From Scyliorhinus canicula (Eukaryota): a stretch of 64,000 nt of DNA. A program made the translations under genes and the position numbers. A model generated the notes under the pieces. That model saw only the letters and a list, made by a program, of their open reading frames with translations. It was not told the origin of the DNA and did not search any database. Location: assembly GCF_902713615.1 (NCBI RefSeq), contig NW_024055654.1:310001-374000 (forward strand), written 5' to 3'. Of the stretch, positions 1 to 9,897 are shown in pieces. Numbering within the stretch: position 1 is the stretch's first letter; each line of letters begins with the position of its first letter.

Positions 1-380
1 TCGGTTCTTTTTTAGGATTTGCGGTTTGCAGAACATATTTAGGAAGCCGTTTCGCCCACCCACTGGGTCCTTTGCTCCCTCTGAACCGCCATACGCACCG
101 ATTGCGGATCAGAAAAACAAACATCTCACCCCCGCCATTACGCACACTGCGTATTCCCATCTCCCAGCTTGGTCCCGCCCCTTCTTCAGTCCGATTGGTT
201 GGAGGACCAGCCGCTCCCTTTCGGTCTTCCCGCCCTCCCCCGCCTCCTATTGGTTCAGATCTGCCGCCAATCATTCCTCGGCAACTTGAAGCATGCGCAG
301 TGTCGCTGCTGGAGCTGGACAACGGTGCGCAGGCGCATTGGCAAAGAATTTCGAGCATGCGCAGTGTGATTGATGCCTCG
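1..380 (+). promoter_or_regulatory. CpG-rich ZNF promoter cassette (copy 1)
   Basis: GC box (tcccgcccc ~173), inverted CCAAT boxes (gattggttggaggaccag ~193; ctattggt ~247), NRF1-like GCATGCGCA at ~291 and ~356; homologous to 28730-29320 and to the reverse complement of 55555-56190. Confidence 0.65.
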
Positions 381-1108
381 GCCCTTGTTTGTCCCGGAGA
401 AGCGGAGTCAGCATCAGGCGGTGGGTGGGAGGATTTGGAAACACTTTGTGGGTCCGCAAACCCTTCACCATCATTGTCAGCTCCCTGGTTTGCAGCTGCG
501 GGGCTTCTCCCTCCCTCCCGGGAACAGGCCCAGGTTAACGGGCACCATCCTGCTTCACACACTGGAGGGTGGTTCACATCACAGGATGGGGGAGGTGGGA
601 TAATAAATAAGAGCTGACACTTTGCACTCAAATCAATGAGGACTCTGATCTCTGGCAAGGAAGGAAACCCTGGCAGGTGGGCGGGGAGGATTCACAAACA
701 CTGGCTTGAGGCTCCAAACCCCCCTTTGACTGTCGGTGATGGATTTTGTGAAATTATTTTTACAGGATGTTAGCAGAATTTTCGGATGTGAAACTCAAAC
801 CAAACTTCACATCAAGATGCTTCAGTGATTTGATTCACCAGAACCTGAATATCATCAACCTTTGTATACAGAAGGAGAAATTTTTGTTCCGCCTGTGGGA
901 AAAGATCTGATCCATCAGTGTTACTGAGAAAGCACCGAGATACACAAATACCCGAGAGAGAGTTTCCAATGTGCTGAACCTGGAAAGAGCTTTCACCAGC
1001 CTGAAAGAAAAACCACAGCATTCACAGTGAGTAGTCACCCTGGACATATTCTGTCTAAACGAGGCTTCAACATTATCCAAGCTGGAGACACACGAGGACA
1101 TTCACATC

Positions 1109-2341
1109 ATGGAGAAACCTTTGAAATGTGGGGACTGTGGCAAGGGATTCAATTACCCATCTGCATTGGATATTCATCGACGTATTCACACTGGAGAGAG
1201 GCTGTTCACCTGTCCTGTGTGTGGGAAAGGATTTGCTTACTCATCCAGCCTGTATACACATCAGCGTGTTCATACTGGCGAGAGGCCATTCACTTGCCTC
1301 GAATGTGGGAAGGGATATCATGCTTTATCAAGCCTCCTGATTCACCAGCAAGTTCACTCTGATCAGAGACCATTTCAATGTTCTGATTGTGACAAAAGCT
1401 TTAAAAGCACAAAGGACTTGCTGAGACACCAGCGCACTCATATGGAGGTGAGGCCTTTCACCTGCTCAGTGTGTGGGAAGGGATTCACTCAGTCATCCCA
1501 CCTTGTAACACACCAACTTGTTCACTCTGATAAGAGACCTTTTCAATGTTCGCACTGTGAGATGTGTTTTAAAAGTAAAAATGATTTACAAGCCCATCAG
1601 CGCACACACACTGGGGAGAAGCCATTCACCTGTTCTCTCTGCGAGAGGAGATTCGGACGTTTATCTCAGCTACAGACACACCAGCGAGTTCACTCTGATC
1701 AGAGACCATTTCAATGTTCTGACTGTGGGAAGAGCTTTAAAAGCAAACAGGATCTGGTGACACACCAGCGAGTTCACACTGGAGAGAGGCCATTCACCTG
1801 CTCTGTGTGTGGGAAGGGATTCACCCATTCATCCCACCGTCTGAGACACCAGCGAGTTCACACTGGAGAGAGGACATTCATTTGCTCTGTGTGTGGGAAG
1901 GGATTTATTGATTCACCCCACCTTCTGATACATGAGCGAATTCACACTGGGGAGAGACCGTTCACTTGCTCCATGTGTGGGAAAGGATTCACTCAGCCAT
2001 CCCAGCTCGCTGTGCATCAACTTGTTCACACTGATCACAGACCTTTTAAATGTTCTGACTGTGAGAAGAGCTTTAAGAGCACAAAGGACCTTCTGAGACA
2101 CCAACAAGTTCACACTGGGGAGAGGTCATTCACCTGCCTGATATGTCGGAAGAGATTTGCTCAGTCTTCCCACTTGCTGAGCCACCAGCAGGTTCACACG
2201 GGAGAGATGTCATTCACCTGCTCCATATGTGGGAAGAGATTTGCTCGGTCATCCAATCTGCTGAGACATCAGCGAGTGCACAAGTCACTGCAGGGGTTAG
2301 ATTCTGCTTTAGCTGCTGCTGTTAATCCCATGCAGGACTGA
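1109..2341 (+). CDS. C2H2 zinc-finger protein ZNF-1, 14 tandem fingers, no KRAB/BTB/SCAN domain seen
   Basis: 410-aa ORF of C-x2-C...H-x3-H repeats with TGERP/SDQRP linkers; upstream acceptor ttttacag| at 765; C-terminal tail LQGLDSALAAAVNPMQD. Confidence 0.93.
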   Translation: MEKPLKCGDCGKGFNYPSALDIHRRIHTGERLFTCPVCGKGFAYSSSLYTHQRVHTGERPFTCLECGKGYHALSSLLIHQQVHSDQRPFQCSDCDKSFKSTKDLLRHQRTHMEVRPFTCSVCGKGFTQSSHLVTHQLVHSDKRPFQCSHCEMCFKSKNDLQAHQRTHTGEKPFTCSLCERRFGRLSQLQTHQRVHSDQRPFQCSDCGKSFKSKQDLVTHQRVHTGERPFTCSVCGKGFTHSSHRLRHQRVHTGERTFICSVCGKGFIDSPHLLIHERIHTGERPFTCSMCGKGFTQPSQLAVHQLVHTDHRPFKCSDCEKSFKSTKDLLRHQQVHTGERSFTCLICRKRFAQSSHLLSHQQVHTGEMSFTCSICGKRFARSSNLLRHQRVHKSLQGLDSALAAAVNPMQD

Positions 2342-2389
2342 ACTATGTTCATTCTGTTATTAAGGAGGTTGGAGTGGGCACTTAGATAA

Positions 2390-3617
2390 TCTCAGTGCAA
2401 TTAGGCAGAATCAATATAATTTATGAAAGGGAAATCATGTTTGACTAATTTATTGAAGTTCTTTGAGGAAGTAACAAGCAATGTGGATAAAGGGGGACCT
2501 GTGGATGCGATGTATTTAGATTTCCAGCAGGCACTTGACAAGGTGCCACTTAATGTTCACTCCACAAAATAAAAGCCCATTGTGTAGCTGGTAACAGCAT
2601 GGACAGAGGATTGGTTAGCAAACAGGAAACATTGTGGAGGTAAAAACGAGTCATTTTTGATGTAACCTGTGGACTACCACAGGGATCAGGACTGGGCCTC
2701 AACTATTTTCAGGACTTGGTTGACAAGATCAAAAGTACTGTTGCAAAATTTACTGTTGCTACAAAGGTATGGAGTAAGATAAGTTGTGAGTGACCATAAG
2801 GAGTCTGTAAAGGGTGCAGATAGGCGAAATAAGTGAGCTACAATTTGGCAGATTGAACATAATGTGGAGAAATGTGAATTTGTTCACTTTGGCAGGAAGA
2901 ATAAAAAAGCAACATATTGGATTGAATTTATTTACTGTCACGCGTAACGAGGTACAGTGAAAAATATTGCTCTGCGCACAGCTCAGGCAGATCATTCCGT
3001 ACATGAAAAGAAAATACATAGAGCGAACATAAAATACACAATGTAAATATATAGACACAGCCATCGGGTGAAGCATACAGGAGTGTAGTATTACTCAGTA
3101 GAGAAGATGTGTGAAGAGAATGTAAAAGAGAAAGGTTAGTGATAGTGTTAGTGTTAGAATTAAGTTTTAAGAGATAGTATGATTATCGGAGATGTAAGAA
3201 GTGGATCTGTGTGAGAGAGCTCACAGAGAGTCACCACACTCCGGCACCATCTTGCATTGCTTATTTAAATACACAGAGATTGCAGCTCCGAGGTACAGAG
3301 GGATCTGGGTGTATTGATACATGAATCAGGATCAGTTACTGTGCAGATACAGTACATGATCGGGAAGGTAAAGGGAATTTTGCTGTTTATTGCAAGGGGA
3401 AAGTACTGCAGTTGTACAGGGTATTGGTGAGACCACATCCAAAGTACTGTGTACGGTTTTGGTCTCCTTATTTCAGAAAGGACATAATTTAATTTGAAAC
3501 TGGTCAGAGAAGATTTACTTGACCGGGTGAGGGGTTATCATAGGAGGAAAACTTGGCGAAGCTGTGACTGTATCCACTTGAGTTTGGAAGAATGAGAGGG
3601 GATCTGATTGAAACATA
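2390..3617 (+). mobile_element. Degraded CR1-like LINE ORF2 fragments interrupted by a Rex-Babar 3' end (~2915-3120, minus strand)
   Basis: CR1 RT motifs (SCLTNLL, VDA.YLDF..A.DKVP, FWSPY) readable in pieces; Rex 3' end matches 22090-22300. Confidence 0.7.
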
Positions 3618-4150
3618 TGGGGCTGGATTCTCCCATTCTGGGGTTATATCCCCACGCCGGCGTGGGAACGGTGGCATTTTACACCAGACAGAATGGTGTA
3701 AAACGGCTACTGATTCCCTGTTTTGCTGGGTGCTAGCAGGTCGGCTGCGTAGAGCACACGGCTCTAGCTGCCAATATGTCCTGGAAAATTGCCGGGTCTG
3801 TGGCCGCACATGCGCTTGGCGGCCCCTGAGCGGCTGCGCTGTGCTACTTGGCAACGGCCGCTTGCGGACCCGGCTTGCAAAATAATGCCTCCCCTTTGGC
3901 TGGCTCGCACGTCCCGGACCACCCCGACAGTGCCCCCAGCCACAAATAAAGAACTCCCTGCCCATGGATCAGCCCTCCCCCGACTGTGGCGATGCTGGAC
4001 TGAGTCCACAGCTGCCATGCCGAGTTCCCAACAGGATGGGACCACACGCGACCCACACCGTCGGGAACTTGGCTGGTCGGGGGCGGAGCATCCGGAGGCA
4101 GATCTCAGGCAAAGTTCTGAGGCCATCGATACGTGGCGCGGCGTACCATT
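3618..4150. mobile_element. GC-rich putative non-autonomous DNA element fragment
   Basis: Abrupt switch to CpG-rich sequence starting ggggctggattctccc inside a CR1 fragment; second terminus not found. Confidence 0.35.
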
Positions 4151-4201
4151 GTGATTTAAACAGTGATTGATAAAGGTTCAGCATAACTTACCTGCTTTTA
4201 A

Positions 4202-4423
4202 AAAAAATAAATTTAGAGTACCAAACTCATTTTTTCCAATTAAGGGGCAATTTAGCATGGTCAATCTACCTACCCTGCACATGTTTGGGTTGTGGGGGTG
4301 TAACCCACGCAGACACGGGGAGAACGTGCAAATTCCAAACGGACAGTGACCCAGTGCCGGCATCGAACCTGGGACCTCAGCGTCGTAAGGCAGAATGCTA
4401 ACCACTGTGCCACCGTGCTGCCC
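4202..4423 (-). mobile_element. tRNA-derived HE1/V-SINE-like SINE, A-rich tail variant, 14-bp TSD
   Basis: Head GGGCAGCACGGTGGC, B-box GGTTCGAT, V-core; TSD TTACCTGCTTTTAA at 4188-4201 and 4427-4440. Confidence 0.85.
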
Positions 4424-4461
4424 GCTTTACCTGCTTTTAACTCAACGACTCTACATGTTAT

Positions 4462-4667
4462 CCGTGTCTGCGTGGGTTTCCTCCGCGTGTTCCGGTTTCC
4501 TCCCAAAAGTCCCGAAAGATGTGCTTGTTAGGTGAATTAGACATTCTGAATTCTTCCTCAGTGTGCCCGAACAGGCGCCAGTATGTGGTGACGAGGGGAT
4601 TTTCACAGTAACTTCATTGCTGTATTAATGTAAGCCGCCTTGTGACACTAATAAAGATTATTATTAA
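4462..4667 (+). mobile_element. 5'-truncated SINE, (ATT)n tail variant
   Basis: V-core plus tail ...cagtaacttcattg...tgtgacactaataaagattatt. Confidence 0.75.
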
Positions 4668-5009
4668 TATCCACCTTGTTAATGTGCAATCAATTTTTAC
4701 CTCTCTTTATTTCTTTAATATTAATCAGTATTGACGAGCTGTGGTGTAACCCTGTGTTTGGAGTTTGTCTCATGGCGGTAACATTGAACATCGAGGTGAT
4801 AGAAGAACCCAGACCGTGGATATCTGAAGAACTATACCAAACTGCACTGTAGGCTCAAAATGCAAAGTATGGTGGTCAATTTAGTCAAGTCACAGCCTTT
4901 CCAGAATTAGCAATGGCTACAAATGAGTTGAATTGTGCAGGAGAACTAGCCTCAACCTGTGAGAAAGATGTGTTTGTTTGACGTGATAAAAGTGGTTGGA
5001 GCAGTCAAT

Positions 5010-5186
5010 GCTTATATAGTACATTGTATATCTTATGTTGCCCTATTATGTATTTTCTTGAATTTTATTTAATTCCCTTTTCTTCCCATGTACTGAATGA
5101 TCTGTTGAGCTGCTTTCAGAAAAATACTTTTCACTGTATCTCGGTACACGTGACAATAAACAAATCCATCCATCCATCCATCCATC
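5010..5186 (+). mobile_element. Rex-Babar LINE 3' end with (CCAT)n tail
   Basis: Matches the reverse complement of 22090-22250. Confidence 0.75.
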
Positions 5187-6445
5187 TGTGGATTGATAAC
5201 AGTGTCAGAGGTCACAAAGTAGAGTTAGGCTCACTCAATTCGTTCAGACATCACCTTGTAAGAGGCCCAGGACATAAGAACAATGGAGAAGACAATGATG
5301 TCATTGAAAACCAATTAAATGGGCTTAAAACAGGTCTTACCTAATAGTTTTTATTCCTTTACCGAGGTCAAAGCCCACATCCCGTTAATGAATGAAACAA
5401 AGGTGTGTGTCTCTATCTAAGTCAGCATTTATTGCCCATCCCTAATTGCCCTTGAGAAGGTGGTGGTGAGCTGACTTCTTGAACTGCTGCAGTCCCTATG
5501 GTATCACCCACAGTGTGGTTAGGGAGGAAGTACCAGGATTCTGACCCAGGGACAGTGAAGGAACGGCGATATATTTCCACAGCAAGATGGTGAGTGTTAC
5601 AATCCCAGTGATGTAATAACTGAATGGGAAGATCCCAGAATGGGAACCCTGGCTCAAAAGACTCTAACTTTGTTTAGAAAATGTGAAGCAACAGAGTCAC
5701 AGGATTGCCAATTAGCTTTCAAAAACAAACATTTATTAAACATGAAAAGTCTGGCTAAGATACAAAATTCCTTCACTCCTACTTATCTTCACAAACGTGC
5801 ACAAATTTCAAGGACAACACAGGTTACTACATATCTTTTGCTTTAATGTTCTCAGTGGACACACAGTCCCTTTAAACCCATAGGTTGGCCATGATCAGAC
5901 AACCCCCCCCCCCCCCCCCCACACCCCCCCCCCCCCCACTCATTTCTCGAGTTGGAGGGGAATTTGGCCACACAGTCATAGGTGTGTAAGGAGTATAGTG
6001 GGTGCTCTAAGTTGCCTATCCTCACTGATTGTGGCCTGTGGGTTAGAAAGTTCAGGATCCAGTCGCAGAGAGAGGAGCCAAGGCCAAGGCCACGGAGTTT
6101 GGAGATGGGTTTTGTCAGAATGATGGTGCTGGAGGCTGAGCTTCAGTCGATAAATAGGGAGTGGGAAATAGGTGTCTCTGGGTGTTCCAGGGTAGAGTGC
6201 AGGATGAAATGTGAAGTGATGGATTCTGGTCAGAAGAAAGGGTTCAGTTCTGAAGGGAGGGCCTTGTAGTAAGGGGAGTAGCATCCCTGCCTCTACAGGC
6301 ACAAGTTCCGTGTTCGAATCCCGCCCCAGGACTTGGTGACCAAGCAAGGCGTGTTCGCAAGGCGACCAAAAGAGGGTGAGTGTCAACCTGGGCAACGTTT
6401 ACGAACACGCCAATAACAGATGGTAAGAGCAGGAGAGGTTCCCGG

Positions 6446-7304
6446 TGTCGTGTTATGTACTCTGGGGAAACACGGGCTGCAACTGGATGCAGCTTTCACC
6501 AAAAGATACTCCAGACCTTGAAGTTAGTTCAATCTGATTTATTGAACCTGTCGCACAGTTAGCATAGTTCTCTATGAGTTCGACTCTCTGCTAACCTGAG
6601 TGTGGTTACTCTGTCTGACTGAACCAGACTACCTCTTAGCGACGTGCTGGAGGTGTGATACTGTACATACACCCTGACTCACTCTGTCTATGTTCATCGG
6701 TGGAAAGAGGCGGAGTGTGAGTGTCTCGTGCCTTTTATCGTCAGATCCCACCCCTAAGTGTCCTGCCTGCTCATTGGGCATGTCCTGGTCTCTGTGTTCA
6801 TTAGCTGCCTGTCTGTATATCATTATCTGCATATCATGACATCTCCCCTTTTTTTATGTTTTGTTGGCACATGTGACCATACTTACATGTGGTGGCATAT
6901 ATTAACATATTTACAAGCGATGGCATATGTGAATGTATTTACATGTGAAGACAGTTGTCTAATGTGAGAAAACAGAACATAGCAAACAAAGCAAATGTTC
7001 ATAAGTCCAGTCTCTGGGGCTGGCGTCTGATCCTGGTTGACCGCCGGAGAAAGGTGGTGGTGGGGACGACGGTACCTTGACTGGTGGGATGGAAGCCTGT
7101 CTGATGGCCTCGTGAGTCGAGGTATCAGGAGGTGGCAAAACAACAGACGGAAACGGAGAAGAAAACGGTTGCGGGCAGGCAACTTTGCGCAGTGCCCGTC
7201 TGTTTCGACGCACAACAGAACCTGCTCATTGGGCATGTCCTGTTCTCTGTGTTCATCAGCTGCCTGTCTGTAAATCATTATCTGCATTTCTGCATATCAT
7301 GACA
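6446..7304 (-). mobile_element. Internally deleted Gypsy-like LTR retrotransposon
   Basis: Full 3' LTR 6446-6841 with TG..CA inverted ends; PPT 6842-6855; integrase C-terminal remnants RRNRRALR and LRRSTRIRRQPQRLDL*; partial 5' LTR 7221-7304; 5-bp TSD CCCGG/CCTGG. Confidence 0.85.
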
Positions 7305-7589
7305 CCTGGTTGATCACAGTGGGGCCCCAAACAAAATAAAGGACCCCGGCGACAGACTCGCGACCGGCTCCGGGGATTAATAGCCACGGAAACGTGCCTC
7401 GGTGCTCAACCGGTTGCCTAGTTGCCGTCGAGAAGGTGGCGGTGGAGCGCCATCTTGAAACGCTGCTGTCTCACGTGGTGTAGGTCCGCCCACTGTGCTG
7501 GTGGGGGGGGGGGGCAGTGGATATAGGAACAGACATCGTTGAGGGCACTTGAGAGTTTGGGGGGACAAAACATTGGGAATGTTGGGGGG

Positions 7590-7923
7590 GGGGATAGACA
7601 GAGTGGATAGTCAGAGGCTTTTCCCCAAGAGTAGAGGGGTCAATTACAAGGGGGCAGAGGTTTAAGATGCGAGGGGCAAGGTTTAGAGGAGATGTACGAG
7701 GCATGTTTTTTACACAGAGGGTAGTGGGTGCCTGGAACTCGCTGCCGGAGGAGGTGGTGGAAGCAGGGATGATAGTGACGTTTAAGGGGCATCTTGACAA
7801 ATAAATGAATAGGATGGGAATAGAGGGATACAGACCCAGGAAGTGTAGAAGATTGTAGTTTAGATGCGCAGCATGGTCGGGCCGAAGGGCCTGTTCCTGT
7901 GCTGTACTTTTCTTTGTTCTTTG
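7590..7923 (+). mobile_element. CR1-like LINE 3' end
   Basis: FFTQRVVGAWNSLP motif and 3' tail gggccgaagggcctgttcctgtgctgta. Confidence 0.8.
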
Positions 7924-8147
7924 TAATAATCGCTTATTGTCACGAGTAAGCTTCAATGAAGTTACTGTGAAAAGCCCCTAGTCGCCACATTCCGGTGCCT
8001 GTTCGGGGAGGCCGGTACGGGAATTGAACCCACGCCGCTGGCATTGTTCTGCATTACAAGCCAGCTGTTTAGCCCACTGTGCTAAACCAGTCCCTATGGC
8101 TGCTTGAGAGCGCTGTTGATGACCTCTTTCATCACTTTGCTAATAAT

Positions 8148-8522
8148 CAGGGCCGGCCCAAGGCACCGGCAACTCGGGCAGTCGCCCGGGGCGCCATGTG
8201 CTAGGGGGCGCCAGAGACTCGGGTCCCGCGCATGCGCAGTTGGGCCGGTGCCAACCAGCGCATGCGCGGTGGCCGCCCTCCCCAAGGGCGGCCCCCTCCG
8301 CCCCCCCCTTCCGACCGTCCCCCCCCTCGGGCCCGCCCCCCCCGCCTCAGGCCGGCCCGCCCCCCCCCGCCTCGAGCCGGCCCGCCCCCCCCGCCTCGAG
8401 CCGGCCCTGCCCCCCCTCGGCCCCTACCCCCTCCCGGCCCCTACACCCCCTGGCCCCGCCCCCCCCAAAGGGCGCCGAAGTTCAGCTTGCCCGGGGCGCC
8501 AGCAACCCTAGGGCCGGCGCTG
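8148..8522. mobile_element. Non-autonomous hAT-type MITE
   Basis: TIR CAGGGCCGGCCCAAGG vs CAGCGCCGGCCCTAGG (14/16); 8-bp TSD CTAATAAT (8140-8147) / CTGATAAT (8523-8530); splits a CR1 fragment. Confidence 0.8.
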
Positions 8523-8689
8523 CTGATAATGAAGGTTAGGCTAATGGAGGGGCGGGGGGGGGGGGGGGGGGGGGAAAGAGAGATAATTGTCCTGTTTCTT
8601 GAGTACAGGACAGGCCTGGGGAATTTCCCACATACAATGGGTTAACACTGCGACCTCAGCCACAAGACTCGATTTCTGGCTTGGGTTAT

Positions 8690-8900
8690 TGGGGGCGGGG
8701 CTGGGGTACAGGGGCCTGGGGGTTGAAGGGGCGGGGCCGGGGATTGGGGCCAGGGTGGCTGGGCTACAGGAGGCGGGGCTGAGGGTACAAGGGGCGGGGC
8801 TGGGGGTATTAGGGGCGGGGCGGGCTCTGGGGGCGGGCCTGAGGTTACAGGGGGCGGGGCCGGGCTCAGCGGGCGGCGCCAGCCCCAGGGGGCGGGGCCT
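8690..8900 (+). promoter_or_regulatory. Degenerate ~20-bp GC-box (GGGGCGGGG) repeat, likely CCNB1IP1 promoter
   Basis: Many Sp/KLF-type GC boxes immediately upstream of the start-codon repeats. Confidence 0.5.
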
Positions 8901-9648
8901 GCACACGCTATGGCGCTGTGAGAGGACTCCCTTCTCTTCAGCCTGCCCCGCTGCCGGGGGGCGGGACTGGGGGCGGGGCCGGGCTCAGTGGGTGGGGCCA
9001 GTCACAGCGAGCGGGGTGGGGCTGCGGTGGCGCTGTGGCGGGGTCTGGTTCCCGCCATGGCGCTGTGTGAGGACTCCCTCCTCTGTGACCTGCCCGGTTG
9101 CCTGGGGGCGGGGCGGGCTCAGTGGGCGGGGCCTGGTTCCCGCCATGGCGCTGTGTGAGGACTCGCTCCTCTGTGACCTGCCCGGCTGCCGGGGGGCGGG
9201 GCTGGGCTCAGTGTGCAGGGCAGGGGGCGGGGCCTGGTTCCCGCCATGGCGCTGTGTGAGGACTCGCTCCTCAGTAACCTGCCCGGCTGCCGGGGGGCGG
9301 GGCTGGGCTCAGTGCGCAGGGCCGGGGGCGGGGCCAGCCCCAGGAGGCGGCCGGGGGCGGGGTCTGTTTCCCGCCATGGCGCTGTGTGAGGACTCTCCTC
9401 TGTAACCTGCCCGGCTGCCGGGGGGCGGGGCTGGGCTCAGTGCGGGGGTCCGGTTGCGGGGCCAGACCCAGGAGACGGGGGCGGGGCCTGGTTCGCGCCA
9501 TGGTGCTGTGTGAGGACTCTCTCCTCTGTGACCTGCCCGGCTGCCGGGGGGCGGGGCTGGGCTCTGTGCGCAGGGCCGGGGGCGGGGCCTGGTTCCCGCC
9601 ATGGCGCTGTGTGAGGACTCCCTCCTCTGTAACCTGCCCGGCTGCCGC
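8890..9648 (+). repeat. Tandem copies (~90-150 bp) of the CCNB1IP1 GC-box + Kozak ATG + first ~15 codons
   Basis: ATG copies at 8910, 9057, 9145, 9246, 9376, 9500 and the true start at 9601. Confidence 0.92.
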
Positions 9649-9897
9649 TCCCGCCTGTCCGGCTTCGCCTGGGTCACCGCCTGTTCGCACGTGTTCTGTG
9701 ACCAGCACGGCAGCGGGCAGTTCAGCCGCTCCCCGGCCCTGTGCCCGGCCTGTGGCACCGCCCTGTCCGGCAAACGGGACATTGTCCGAACCGACCTCAA
9801 CCCGCCCGAGGACTACAAAGGCATGGTGCTGTCCGGCCTCCGGCCACACACCGTGCTGGAGATCGCCGGCCGGGCACTGGCCTTCTGGGGCTACCAG
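9601..9897 (+). CDS. CCNB1IP1: CCNB1IP1/HEI10 E3 ligase, coding exon 1 (RING domain, 99 aa)
   Basis: MALCEDSLLCN...AWVTACSHVFCDQHGSG.FSRSPA.CPAC...RALAFW.YQ matches the vertebrate HEI10 N-terminus; ligands C10,C15,C28,H30,C33,H36,C48,C51; donor CAG|GTCAGC, phase 0. Confidence 0.95.

Noticed and set aside
1128-2325. Alternative-frame ORFs over ZNF exons (here and at the other ZNFs)
   Set aside because: Expected shadow frames of 84-bp finger repeats
5596-5960. Possible LTR fragment starting TGTTAC
   Set aside because: No second terminus or TSD could be identified
8104-8906. Pro/Gly-rich ORFs on both strands
   Set aside because: Products of the GC-rich MITE and GC-box repeats; no recognisable domain
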